The position numbers and the translations under genes are program-made. The notes beneath the pieces are model-generated. The model searched no databases, had not been told where the DNA came from, and worked only from the letters and a program-made list of their open reading frames with translations. 17,257 bases of DNA from the NCBI GenBank assembly GCA_040758355.1, contig JBFLWF010000038.1, positions 1 to 17,257 of the forward strand, in the 5' to 3' direction. The stretch comes from Nitrospirota bacterium. GTDB taxonomy: Bacteria > Nitrospirota > Thermodesulfovibrionia > Thermodesulfovibrionales > Dissulfurispiraceae. Position 1 is the stretch's first letter; each line of letters opens with the position of its first letter. Positions 8,729-17,016 of the stretch are shown here, piece by piece.

Positions 8729-8821
8729 ATCCCCTGGGGGAGGCTTAACAGCCTGAGAGTTTCCGGAGATGGAAAGACCCCACGAACCTGATCCAGATAA
8801 TTCTGGCGTAGGGAACGGGAA
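8729..8821 (+). ncRNA. TPP riboswitch aptamer
   Basis: GGGG..GC...CTGAGA...ACCC..GAACCTGATCCAGATAATTCTGGCGTAGGGA consensus elements directly upstream of thiamine genes. Confidence 0.96.
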
Positions 8822-8837
8822 TTTAGAGATAAAATAC

Positions 8838-8878
8838 AAGTCCTCTATTCCTCACAGGGATGGGGGATTTTTATTTTT
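8838..8878 (+). terminator. Riboswitch expression-platform terminator
   Basis: 15-bp stem AAGTCCTCTATTCCT/AGGGATGGGGGATTT with G-U pairs, then TTATTTTT. A competing antiterminator GGAATTTAGAG (8818-8828) can pair with CTCTATTCC (8843-8851). Confidence 0.85.
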
Positions 8879-8891
8879 CAGGGAAAATAAA

Positions 8892-9134
8892 ATGAAGCTC
8901 AAGGTAAACGGCGAGGATAAAGAGACGCAGAGCGAGACTATCCTTCAATTACTGAAGGAGTTGGACATTGTTCCTGAAAGGGTTGCGGTTGAGGTGAATC
9001 TCCGGATTATTAAAAGAGCGGATTTTGAGAATTGTAAACTGTATGACGGCGATACCGTTGAGATAGTTTATTTTGTTGGAGGAGGAGGCTTAGAATTGCA
9101 GATTTCAAATTTGAAATTTCAGATTGGAGGATAA
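8892..9134 (+). CDS. thiS: Sulfur carrier protein ThiS with a C-terminal extension
   Basis: MKLKVNGE...VAVEVN...[13 protein letters not shown]. The start is ATG 8892; the ORF-track start at 8769 lies inside the riboswitch. Confidence 0.93.
   Translation: MKLKVNGEDKETQSETILQLLKELDIVPERVAVEVNLRIIKRADFENCKLYDGDTVEIVYFVGGGGLELQISNLKFQIGG
9094..9128 (+). repeat. 7-mer tandem array in the thiS 3' end
   Basis: AATTGCA GATTTCA AATTTGA AATTTCA GATTGGA. Confidence 0.75.
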
Positions 9135-9135
9135 G

Positions 9136-9906
9136 ATGGAAGATAGATTAATAATTAAAGGCATTGAGTTCAAATCAAGGCTCTGGATCGGGACAGGGAA
9201 GTACAAGGATTTTGAAGAAACCGCAAGGGTAGTGGAGGCATCGGGTGCGGATGTGGTGACCGTGGCAGTGAGAAGGGTCAATATAACTGACAGGAAATCA
9301 GAAAATCTTCTGGATTATATAGACCCGAAAAAATACAAGATACTTCCCAATACTGCCGGATGTTATACGGTTGAAGATGCATTGAGATATTCCCGACTTG
9401 CAAGGGAAGCCGGCGTGTCTGACATGATAAAGCTTGAGGTTATAGGTGATGAAAAGACATTGTTTCCTGATGTAATAGGACTTCTAAAGGCGACAGAGAT
9501 ACTGGCAAAGGAGGGTTTTATAGTCTTTCCTTATACAAATGACGATCCAATAATGGCCAGACGGCTTGAGGATGCAGGTGCTGCTGCTGTTATGCCTCTC
9601 GGTGCGCCCATAGGCTCAGGGCTTGGAATAAGGAATCCGTACAACATAAAGATAATTCTTGAAGCAGCAAAGGTGCCTGTAATAGTGGATGCAGGTGTTG
9701 GGACTGCCTCGGATGCGGCTATTGCGATGGAACTCGGCTGCGATGCTGTCTTGATAAATACTGCAGTTGCAGGCGCTAAAGACCCAATAGCTATGGCAGA
9801 GGCTATGAAGCACGCTGTTATTGCAGGGAGGCTTGCGCATAAGGCAGGGCGAATACCGAAGAAGCTTTATGCAACTGCAAGCAGCCCGATAGAGGGGATG
9901 CTATAA
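9136..9906 (+). CDS. thiG: Thiazole synthase
   Basis: [35 protein letters not shown] and VDAGVG motifs; SD GGAGG before ATG 9136. Confidence 0.98.
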   Translation: MEDRLIIKGIEFKSRLWIGTGKYKDFEETARVVEASGADVVTVAVRRVNITDRKSENLLDYIDPKKYKILPNTAGCYTVEDALRYSRLAREAGVSDMIKLEVIGDEKTLFPDVIGLLKATEILAKEGFIVFPYTNDDPIMARRLEDAGAAAVMPLGAPIGSGLGIRNPYNIKIILEAAKVPVIVDAGVGTASDAAIAMELGCDAVLINTAVAGAKDPIAMAEAMKHAVIAGRLAHKAGRIPKKLYATASSPIEGML

Positions 9907-9911
9907 AGACC

Positions 9912-9942
9912 GTGATGCGTAAAGAGTGATGCGTAATGAGTG
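9912..9942 (+). repeat. 7-mer tandem array at the thiG/thiE junction
   Basis: GTGATGC GTAAAGA GTGATGC GTAATGA GTG; the last full unit contains the thiE ATG. Confidence 0.75.
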
Positions 9943-10535
9943 TAGATTTTAAGATATATTTGATTACTGACAGAAAACTCATCGCTGTTGAAGAGGCGCT
10001 TAAGGCAGGCGTAAAGGCGGTGCAACTAAGGGAAAAGGATTTGCCGACAAGGGAATTGCTTGATATGGCTTATAAAATGAGAGAGCTTACAGCGAGACAT
10101 GATGCAAAACTTTTTATTAATGACAGGGCTGATATTGCAATGTGCGTTAATGCTGACGGTGTGCACCTTGGACAATCGAGCATGCCTGCTTATGCTGTGA
10201 GAAAGGTTGTTGGAGATAGAATGATGATTGGTGTTTCGACACATAATCTTGACGAGGCTTTAACAGCAGAAAGGGAAGGTGCTGATTTTATAACATTCGG
10301 GCCAATTTATCCAACGCCTTCAAAACTCAAATATGGCAAGCCTGTTGGGGTCGAATCATTGAAAAAGATTGCAGAAAGAGTTGTCATTCCTATTTTTGGG
10401 ATAGGAGGAATAAAGCCTGATAATGCTAAAGAGGTTGTAAATGCCGGTGCTTATGGTGTCGCATTGATAAGCGGCATTTTGGGTGAGGCTGATGTTTCAT
10501 CAGCTACAGAAAAGTATCTAAAAATATTAGACTGA
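9936..10535 (+). CDS. thiE: Thiamine phosphate synthase
   Basis: YLITD, VQLREK, INDR, GVHLGQ, GVSTH, PTPSK and IGGI motifs. Confidence 0.95.
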   Translation: MSVDFKIYLITDRKLIAVEEALKAGVKAVQLREKDLPTRELLDMAYKMRELTARHDAKLFINDRADIAMCVNADGVHLGQSSMPAYAVRKVVGDRMMIGVSTHNLDEALTAEREGADFITFGPIYPTPSKLKYGKPVGVESLKKIAERVVIPIFGIGGIKPDNAKEVVNAGAYGVALISGILGEADVSSATEKYLKILD

Positions 10536-10542
10536 CCTATTC

Positions 10543-10612
10543 CGTCATTCCCGTGAAAACGGGAATCCAGTAGTATCAAATGTCTCTGGATTCCTGCTTT
10601 CGCAGGAATGAC
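10543..10612. repeat. REP-like palindromic doublet (CGTC-tagged / dRS3-like)
   Basis: GTCATTCCCGTGAAAACGGGAATCCAG-15 bp-CTGGATTCCTGCTTTCGCAGGAATGAC: two inverted 27-bp units, each itself a hairpin. Confidence 0.85.
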
Positions 10613-10642
10613 TGAAAATAGTTGAAACACAGGAGAGTGATT

Positions 10643-11926
10643 ATGACAAGAATAGAGCTAGCAAAAAAGGGCGTTATTACGGATGAAATGAAGGTTGTTG
10701 CTTCGGCAGAGGGCATATCTCCTGAAAGGCTTGCATCCGATATTGTCGAGGGCGTAACTGTTATAACAAGAAATAATCTTCACGATATTGCTCCATTAGG
10801 TATTGGCAGGGGATTAAAAACGAAGATAAACGCAAACATAGGCACATCAAAGGACAGGGTCTCTTACGATGAAGAGATACAGAAGTTAGAAGTTCTTGTG
10901 AAATATGGTGCAGATGCTGTGATGGATTTATCGACAGGCGGCGCAATAAAGGATTTGAGGAATACCCTCATCAAAAAATCACCCATCGCAGTCGGGACAG
11001 TACCGATGTATGAAACCGTAGTGAGGACTACAGAGAAGCATGGACATATCGCAAAGATGACCTCTGACGACCTTTTTGAAGTTATTGAAGACCATGCAAA
11101 GGACGGCGTTGATTTTGTAACAGTCCACTGCGGCATTACACAAAAGGCAATAGAAAGATTAAGACAGGACAGGAGAATCCTTGATGTTGTAAGCCGTGGA
11201 GGAGCATTCCTCCTTGAATGGATGATTTACAACAATAAAGAGAATCCGCTTTATGAGCAGTATGACAGGCTTCTTGAAATGGCAAAGAAGTATGATTTGA
11301 CATTGAGCCTTGGAGACGGGTTCAGGCCCGGCTGCCTTGCAGATGCAACGGACAGGAGCCAGATAGAGGAATTGGTTACTCTCGGAGAATTAAGGGACAT
11401 GGCGCTTTCCGAAGGTGTGCAGACAATTATAGAAGGGCCCGGGCATGTTCCTTTAAATCAGGTGGAGCTGAATGTAAAAATTCAGAAGGAGATATGCAAA
11501 GGCGCTCCATTTTATGTGCTCGGCCCGTTGGTTACGGACTGCGGTATGGGCTATGATCACATTACAGCAGCTATAGGAGGTGCAATCGCAGGTGCTGCAG
11601 GTGCTGATTTCCTCTGTTATGTCACTCCTGCAGAACATATAAGGCTTCCAAGTATCGAGGATGTGAAGGAAGGTGTTATTGCATCAAAGATCGCAGCACA
11701 TGCTGCCGATATTGCAAAGGGAATTCCCGGCGCAATCGAGAAAGATAAAAAGATGGCGCAGTGCAGGAAAAACCTCGATTGGGAAGGACAGATATCCCTG
11801 AGCTTTAATCCTGAAAGGGTGAGGGAGTGGAGAGGGCAGGTTCCTCCAACGCTGAATGAGGTGTGCAGCATGTGCGGAGAGTTCTGCGCAATAAAGACAG
11901 TTGAAAGGGCATTGCAGAAGAAGTAA
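10643..11926 (+). CDS. thiC: Phosphomethylpyrimidine synthase
   Basis: KINANIGTS, MDLSTGG, SRGG, EGPGHVP, GYDHI and CSMCGEFC motifs; the TPP-regulated context favours ThiC over Bza paralogues. ATG 10643 follows SD AGGAG. Confidence 0.95.
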   Translation: MTRIELAKKGVITDEMKVVASAEGISPERLASDIVEGVTVITRNNLHDIAPLGIGRGLKTKINANIGTSKDRVSYDEEIQKLEVLVKYGADAVMDLSTGGAIKDLRNTLIKKSPIAVGTVPMYETVVRTTEKHGHIAKMTSDDLFEVIEDHAKDGVDFVTVHCGITQKAIERLRQDRRILDVVSRGGAFLLEWMIYNNKENPLYEQYDRLLEMAKKYDLTLSLGDGFRPGCLADATDRSQIEELVTLGELRDMALSEGVQTIIEGPGHVPLNQVELNVKIQKEICKGAPFYVLGPLVTDCGMGYDHITAAIGGAIAGAAGADFLCYVTPAEHIRLPSIEDVKEGVIASKIAAHAADIAKGIPGAIEKDKKMAQCRKNLDWEGQISLSFNPERVREWRGQVPPTLNEVCSMCGEFCAIKTVERALQKK

Positions 11927-11960
11927 AAAGGGAAGCAGCCCTGCTTTCTCTTACTTTTTT
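11927..11960. terminator. Possible bidirectional terminator between convergent thiC and the acyltransferase gene
   Basis: GGGAAGCA-GCCC-TGCTTTCT stem with an A-run before and a T-rich run after. Confidence 0.5.
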
Positions 11961-12736
11961 ATGCTCCACTGTCTTAGTTTTTCAATTATAAATTCTATGA
12001 TTTTTTCGTGCTCTTCAATGCCGCGGTCTTTTATCCATAAAGGCTCGCCGAAGGCAAAATAAACTTTTTTAGAGGGATCAATTTTGCCGAAATCCTTGAG
12101 ATATTTGCCATTGCCCCATGCATCGGTTTTCAGTGCAATCGGCACAACAGGAACATTTGCCCTATGAGCGAGTTTTATGCCGATGGTATTAAATGCCTTC
12201 GGGTCAAAGATAGTTGTCCTTGTGGTCTGTGGAAAGATGATAATAGACCTGCCTGTTTTTAATCTCTGAACTCCACCTTCCATTACTGCCTTCAAATCAT
12301 CACGGGGATTTGTCCGGCCTACAGTAATCGGCTTTCTTGAACGCATCACGTATTTAAATACAGGATATTCGACAAGGCCTTTCTTTACCACAAATGTCAC
12401 ATCTTTCAAAGGCTGGATTATTGCAGGAAGAACGAATGTCTCGAGCGTGCTCATATGATTTCCGATAAATACGCAAGGGCCTTCAAGGTTTTTTAAATAA
12501 TCAACACCTGTTATTTCAATTTCAACACCTACGCTTTCAAGAGCACGAAGCACGTCAAGGCTGCTTTCAGACCATTCTGCATTATCGTATTGGAGACGCT
12601 TTGCATTAGAGCTCGCCTTAAATACAATTGGCAGAAGTTTGGAGTAAAAAATGAACGAAGGCGCTATTTTTGCAAGCAGTGAGACCTTATCAATGCTTGT
12701 TTCATACGAGCCGTTTTTGAATATAAGCCCTTCCAC
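11951..12736 (-). CDS. Lysophospholipid / 1-acyl-sn-glycerol-3-phosphate acyltransferase family protein
   Basis: NHMSTLE (NHxSxxD/E), FVVKK, IIFPQTTR and VPVVPIA motifs; GTG start with SD AGGAGG. Confidence 0.85.
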   Translation of the reverse strand: MEGLIFKNGSYETSIDKVSLLAKIAPSFIFYSKLLPIVFKASSNAKRLQYDNAEWSESSLDVLRALESVGVEIEITGVDYLKNLEGPCVFIGNHMSTLETFVLPAIIQPLKDVTFVVKKGLVEYPVFKYVMRSRKPITVGRTNPRDDLKAVMEGGVQRLKTGRSIIIFPQTTRTTIFDPKAFNTIGIKLAHRANVPVVPIALKTDAWGNGKYLKDFGKIDPSKKVYFAFGEPLWIKDRGIEEHEKIIEFIIEKLRQWSIKK

Positions 12737-12749
12737 TCAACCCTCCTGT

Positions 12750-13301
12750 TTATATCGGCTCTTTGAAAAACTCAAGCCATTCATCAAACTGTTTTAACTT
12801 GTCATCTCCGAACTTCGCAATTATCTCCCTGATTTCCGGCACAGACTTTTCCCTTTCGAGACTGTGTTCTTTTTTTGAATAAAACTTGTCGGCAAAGCAA
12901 ATTATTCTTTCTTCGAGAGTTATGGGCTGCATGTCCCTTTTGGGAAGAGGAAATTTATTTGTTTCAATGTCGTCAATTGTGAGTCCTACGCCTACATGCG
13001 TTTCGCATACAGTGGCATGTTTTGGAAGTCCCTCCTTTTCGAGTATCTCCCTTCCGAGATAGCCATGGGAGATATATGGATGGAATCCGTAGCAGCCGAT
13101 CTTTGGAGAATGGGTCATGAAGATGCCTATGTCATGGAGCATGGAAGCTTCTTCGATGAACTTAAAGTCAGGACTCAATTCCTTCACTCTCTCTGCAATC
13201 TGCAACGCCTTTTTTGCCACGAGCTTGCTGTGATGGATCAGAAAGTAATATGCCTTTGAGTCGGGTTCATAGTATTTTTCTATTATCTTGAGAACATCCA
13301 T
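12750..13301 (-). CDS. HD (HDIG) domain metal-dependent phosphohydrolase
   Basis: H...LHDIG...HG..G...H...ICFADKF motif series. Confidence 0.9.
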   Translation of the reverse strand: MDVLKIIEKYYEPDSKAYYFLIHHSKLVAKKALQIAERVKELSPDFKFIEEASMLHDIGIFMTHSPKIGCYGFHPYISHGYLGREILEKEGLPKHATVCETHVGVGLTIDDIETNKFPLPKRDMQPITLEERIICFADKFYSKKEHSLEREKSVPEIREIIAKFGDDKLKQFDEWLEFFKEPI

Positions 13302-13306
13302 CCTGT

Positions 13307-13319
13307 ATTATAGTATAAT
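13307..13319. promoter_or_regulatory. Back-to-back -10 boxes (bidirectional promoter candidate)
   Basis: The palindrome ATTATA-G-TATAAT gives TATAAT on each strand, 5 and 6 nt from the two divergent ATGs. Confidence 0.55.
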
Positions 13320-13325
13320 TTCCAT

Positions 13326-15068
13326 ATGGAACTCACAGAGAATGCATTGAAGGTGCTGCATGCCCGTTATCTGATTAAGGATGAAAAGGGCAAGGTTATA
13401 GAAACACCCGAGAATATGTTCAGACGCGTTGCCCGAAATATAGCCGGAGCAGAAAGGCTTTACAATGAGGATGCATCGTACTGGGAAGATAGATTCTATG
13501 AATTGATGGCATCGTTGAAGTTCCTCCCCAACTCTCCTGCATTGATGAATGCAGGAAAGTCTATCGGCCAGCTTGCCGCATGTTTTGTCCTTCCTGTTGA
13601 AGACTCCATGAAGAGCATATTCGATACGTTGAAAAATGCCGCGTTGATACTTCAGAGCGGAGGCGGAACAGGTTTTTCCTTTTCGAGGCTCAGGCCCAAG
13701 GCCGATATCGTGAGGTCGACAGGCGGTATTGCAAGCGGCCCTGTATCCTTCATGAAGATTTATAACACTGCCACAGAGGTCATAAAGCAGGGTGGTGCAC
13801 GCCGCGGGGCGAACATGGGGATTCTCAGGATAGATCATCCGGACATACTGGAATTTATACGGATAAAAAGAAGGGAAGGGGAGCTGACTAATTTCAACAT
13901 CTCTGTTGCTGTCACCGATGCATTCATGGAGGCATTTAAGAATGGTAATGAGTACAATCTTTTGAATCCACGGTCAGGGGAGGTAGTGGGAAGTCTCAGG
14001 GCAAGGACTGTTTTTGATGAGCTTGTAAAAAGCGCATGGGAAACAGGGGATCCTGGATTAATATTCATAGACAGGATAAACAGGGCGAATCCGACACCGC
14101 ACATTGGTATGATCGAGAGCACGAACCCGTGCGGCGAACAGCCCCTTCTGCCTTATGAGGCATGCGTTTTAGGCTCCATGAACTTATCAAAATATGTTTT
14201 AAAAGAGGGTCAAAGGGCAAGTCGAAGACCCATGGGGGTCAAGGGTCAAGAACTTATAGACTGGGATATGCTGGCAAAAGACATTAATACTGCCGTGCGA
14301 TTCCTTGATGATTCTATTGATATTAATATATATCCCCTTCCCGAAATCGAAAGGATGCATAAAGGCAACCGAAAGATAGGGCTTGGGGTAATGGGATGGG
14401 CCGATGTGCTAATTCTGCTGAACATTCCTTATAACCATAAAAAGGCGTTTGAATTTGCAAGAAAGGTAATGAAATTCGTCAGAGATAAATCACGGGAGGC
14501 ATCGATTGAGCTGGCAGAAAAACGCGGTGTTTTCCCCAATTTCAAAGGGTCTATTTATGACGCACCTGGTATGCCGAAGGTGAGAAATGCAACCACAACC
14601 ACTATTGCGCCCACAGGAACACTTTCTACCATTGCAGACTGTTCAAGCGGCATCGAACCTTTATTTGCCATTGCGTATAAAAGACTTGTGCTCGATACCG
14701 AGTTATATGAGATAAACAAATATTTTATAGAAATTGCCCAAAAGAGAGGTTTTTTTTCTGATGAACTGATGACCGGGGTTTTGAGAAAGGGAAATCTCAA
14801 GGGGATAAAAGGGATGCCCTTAGATGTAAAGAGACTTTTCAAAACAGCACTCGAGATTCCTCTGGAAGACCATATCGAGATGCAGGCGGCATTTCAGGAA
14901 TATACGGACAACGCAGTCTCAAAGACTATTAACCTGCCTAATAAGGCAAAAAAGGAAGATGTGGAAAGGGCATTCATTCTGGCCTATGACAAAGGTGTTA
15001 AAGGCATTACTATTTTCAGATACGGTGCAAAAAGGGGAACGCTTGTCAAATTTGCGGACGCAGACTGA
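13326..15068 (+). CDS. nrdJ: Adenosylcobalamin-dependent (class II) ribonucleotide reductase, compact form
   Basis: PNSPALMNAG, ACFV, RRGANM, TNPCGEQPL, ACVLGS, TIAPTG and DNAVSKTIN motifs; no ATP cone and no neighbouring beta subunit. Confidence 0.9.
   Translation: MELTENALKVLHARYLIKDEKGKVIETPENMFRRVARNIAGAERLYNEDASYWEDRFYELMASLKFLPNSPALMNAGKSIGQLAACFVLPVEDSMKSIFDTLKNAALILQSGGGTGFSFSRLRPKADIVRSTGGIASGPVSFMKIYNTATEVIKQGGARRGANMGILRIDHPDILEFIRIKRREGELTNFNISVAVTDAFMEAFKNGNEYNLLNPRSGEVVGSLRARTVFDELVKSAWETGDPGLIFIDRINRANPTPHIGMIESTNPCGEQPLLPYEACVLGSMNLSKYVLKEGQRASRRPMGVKGQELIDWDMLAKDINTAVRFLDDSIDINIYPLPEIERMHKGNRKIGLGVMGWADVLILLNIPYNHKKAFEFARKVMKFVRDKSREASIELAEKRGVFPNFKGSIYDAPGMPKVRNATTTTIAPTGTLSTIADCSSGIEPLFAIAYKRLVLDTELYEINKYFIEIAQKRGFFSDELMTGVLRKGNLKGIKGMPLDVKRLFKTALEIPLEDHIEMQAAFQEYTDNAVSKTINLPNKAKKEDVERAFILAYDKGVKGITIFRYGAKRGTLVKFADAD
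14207..14249 (+). repeat. In-frame GGGTCAA 7-mer array inside nrdJ
   Basis: GGGTCAA AGGGCAA [GTCGAAGACCCATGG] GGGTCAA GGGTCAA; encodes GQRASRRPMGVKGQ. Confidence 0.65.
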
Positions 15069-15074
15069 GGTACT

Positions 15075-15824
15075 ATGTTTGCATTAAAGAAAATTTTGAC
15101 TGCATTTCTTTTGCCTCCAGGCATATTTATTGTCCTTTTATTATTTTCAGGATTATGGTTTTTATTTAAAAAAAACTGGAAGGCAGGTATTATAAATTGT
15201 TTTCTTGGTATTTCCATGTGGGCATTTTCCATATCACCTGTCGCAGATGCAATGCTCAGAGGGCTTGAATCTGACTTTAGAATCCCTGAAAATCCCCATG
15301 GTGATGTGATAATACTCCTTGGCGGCGGTGTATATGATAATGTACCTGACCTGTCAGGCATAGGTGCTCCTTCAGAAGATATGCTCGGAAGGATTATTAC
15401 GGCTGTAAGGCTCCAGAAAAAAATTAATGTTCCGGTTATTATTTCAGGAGGCGCTGTCTTTAAGGGCAGAAAGGCAGAAGCGCCTATTGTAAGAAGATTC
15501 CTCACCGATCTCGGAGTGCCTGACAAAAAGGTTATCATTGAAGACAAAAGCAGGGATACTATTGAAAATGCAAGATACACTGCAGAGATTTGCAAGAGAC
15601 TCGGCTATAAAAAGCCATTGCTCGTGACATCTGCATATCATATGAAACGTTCAGTGATGAGTTTTAAGAAAGTTAATATGGATGTTATACCATTTCCTTC
15701 AAATTTCAAAACATGGAAAATAAAAAAATATGGATGGGAAAGCTATTTGCCCGGCAGTTTAGGAGGTTCATATACTGCCATGCACGAGTATATGGGGCTG
15801 TTATTTTATAAAATTGCATATTAG
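15075..15824 (+). CDS. YdcF/ElyC-family (DUF218) membrane protein
   Basis: N-terminal TM segments, [23 protein letters not shown] and [11 protein letters not shown]. Confidence 0.92.
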   Translation: MFALKKILTAFLLPPGIFIVLLLFSGLWFLFKKNWKAGIINCFLGISMWAFSISPVADAMLRGLESDFRIPENPHGDVIILLGGGVYDNVPDLSGIGAPSEDMLGRIITAVRLQKKINVPVIISGGAVFKGRKAEAPIVRRFLTDLGVPDKKVIIEDKSRDTIENARYTAEICKRLGYKKPLLVTSAYHMKRSVMSFKKVNMDVIPFPSNFKTWKIKKYGWESYLPGSLGGSYTAMHEYMGLLFYKIAY

Positions 15825-15835
15825 GAGGAATTTTC

Positions 15836-16549
15836 ATGATTCTTGGCGTTAATGTCGACCATGTTGCTACTGTGAGAGAGGCGAGAAAGACATTTGAGCC
15901 TGATCCTGTGATGGCCGCCACTCTTGCCATATTAGGCGGTGCTGATGGTATTACCATCCATCTCAGGGAAGACAGAAGGCATGCTAAAGACAGAGATTTA
16001 AGATTACTGCGTGAAGTTGTGCATTGCGAATTGAACCTTGAGATGGCTGCAACAAAGGAGATGATCCGCATTGCCCTTGAAGTGAAACCCGACATGGTGA
16101 CACTTGTGCCTGAAAAAAGGCAGGAGCTTACAACAGAGGGCGGTCTTGATATGGTGGGTCAGAAGAAACTCCTCAAAGAAACCATAAAAAAACTTCAGGA
16201 CGGCGGCATTCCTGTCAGCCTTTTTATTAATCCGAATATCATGGATGTGGACATATCAAAAGAAATTGGCGCAGACATGGTTGAGATACACACAGGACTT
16301 TATGCAAATGCAAAAGGCAAAAAGCAGGAAAAAGAATTGCACAGGGTTATGGAGGCGGTAAAGGTAGCAAATAAACTCGGCTTGCTTGCAAATGCAGGTC
16401 ATGGACTGAATTATTTTAATGTGAAGAGCATCGATGCCATTGAAGGGATAAGAGGGCTTTACATCGGCCACAGCATTATATCAAGGGCTGTGCTTGTGGG
16501 AATTGAGAGGGCAGTGAGGGAGATGAAGGAGTTAGTAGGGGGAGCCTGA
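15836..16549 (+). CDS. pdxJ: Pyridoxine 5'-phosphate synthase
   Basis: [33 protein letters not shown] and NAGHGL motifs. Confidence 0.98.
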   Translation: MILGVNVDHVATVREARKTFEPDPVMAATLAILGGADGITIHLREDRRHAKDRDLRLLREVVHCELNLEMAATKEMIRIALEVKPDMVTLVPEKRQELTTEGGLDMVGQKKLLKETIKKLQDGGIPVSLFINPNIMDVDISKEIGADMVEIHTGLYANAKGKKQEKELHRVMEAVKVANKLGLLANAGHGLNYFNVKSIDAIEGIRGLYIGHSIISRAVLVGIERAVREMKELVGGA

Positions 16550-16608
16550 CGATTGAAATCACAGATGCGGCGGTCGTATCGCCGCATCTGTGGAGTGAAA
16601 TTTTATGT
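16544..16608 (-). other. Degenerate integron attC site
   Basis: Minus strand reads ACATAAA (R'')-ATTTC-ACTCCACA (L'')-central palindrome-TGTGATT (L')-TCAATC-GTCAGGC (R'); 65 bp, with one extra C in L''. Both core triplets deviate (AAA for AAC, GTC for GTT). Confidence 0.65.
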
Positions 16609-16718
16609 GCCTATTATCCATGCAGACAGTTTTTTCTTGATTGATAAAAGACGCTCTGCCCCGAGGTTTGGTTCGTCTGAGGAAATTTAAAAAGGACTAT
16701 TTGTCCTTCCTGAATCAT
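16603..16718 (-). pseudogene. PemK/MazF-like toxin with a large internal deletion
   Basis: ATG overlaps the antitoxin stop (ATGA). MIQEGQIVLFKFPQTNQTSG is joined out of frame at about 16659 to AERLLSIKKKLSAWIIGT*. The N-terminus fits the G-x-IVL-x-x-FP...(KxRP) start of PemK-family toxins and stops just before KxRP. Confidence 0.72.
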
Positions 16719-16942
16719 GTAAAGCGTTCCTTGAGATCATTGAGCGAATAGGGAGAATATTCTTCTTCCATGTCACGCATTGCAAATGATAGGGATAGTT
16801 CTGACCATTCTGTTTCTTCCCTATCAACTTTTTGGCCTTTCTTTATTTTTGATTCGAGGTACTCCACGAAATCTAATATCTCAGCCTGAAACGATTCAGG
16901 CATTTCCTGAATATGTTTTAAGATTTTCTCCGGTAATGACAT
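16715..16942 (-). CDS. DUF2281-family putative antitoxin
   Basis: I..MPE..QAEILDFVEYL..K signature, acidic C-terminus, SD GGAGGT. Confidence 0.8.
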   Translation of the reverse strand: MSLPEKILKHIQEMPESFQAEILDFVEYLESKIKKGQKVDREETEWSELSLSFAMRDMEEEYSPYSLNDLKERFT

Positions 16943-16987
16943 TTTAGACCTCCGCTTCTTTATCTAAGAATATCATAGTGTTGAATA

Positions 16988-17016
16988 AAATTACCAGAAT
17001 TGTTCTCTTCTTACAA
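16988..17016 (-). promoter_or_regulatory. Putative promoter of the TA module
   Basis: TTGTAA-17 bp-TAATTT with a TG extension. Confidence 0.45.

Noticed and set aside
8769..8891. 41-aa N-terminal extension of ThiS or a leader peptide
   Set aside because: It runs through the TPP aptamer and terminator; the ThiS fold begins at ATG 8892.
13295..13325. NrdR box upstream of nrdJ
   Set aside because: Only a loose AT-rich resemblance and no tandem pair; the double -10 explains the sequence better.
5965..14249. CRISPR array or DGR suggested by the repeats
   Set aside because: Repeat units are 7-9 bp without unique spacers, and there is no cas gene, reverse transcriptase or TR/VR pair.
8892..16549. 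Novel vitamin super-cluster (B1, B6, B12-dependent RNR)
   Set aside because: The genes fall in separate transcription units with unrelated genes between them, and nothing shows a functional link. thiF, thiH/thiO, thiD and proA are presumably elsewhere in the genome.
16560..16592. Simple intrinsic terminator for pdxJ
   Set aside because: No U-tract directly follows the stem on the plus strand and the flanks fit attC geometry, though it may still impede transcription.
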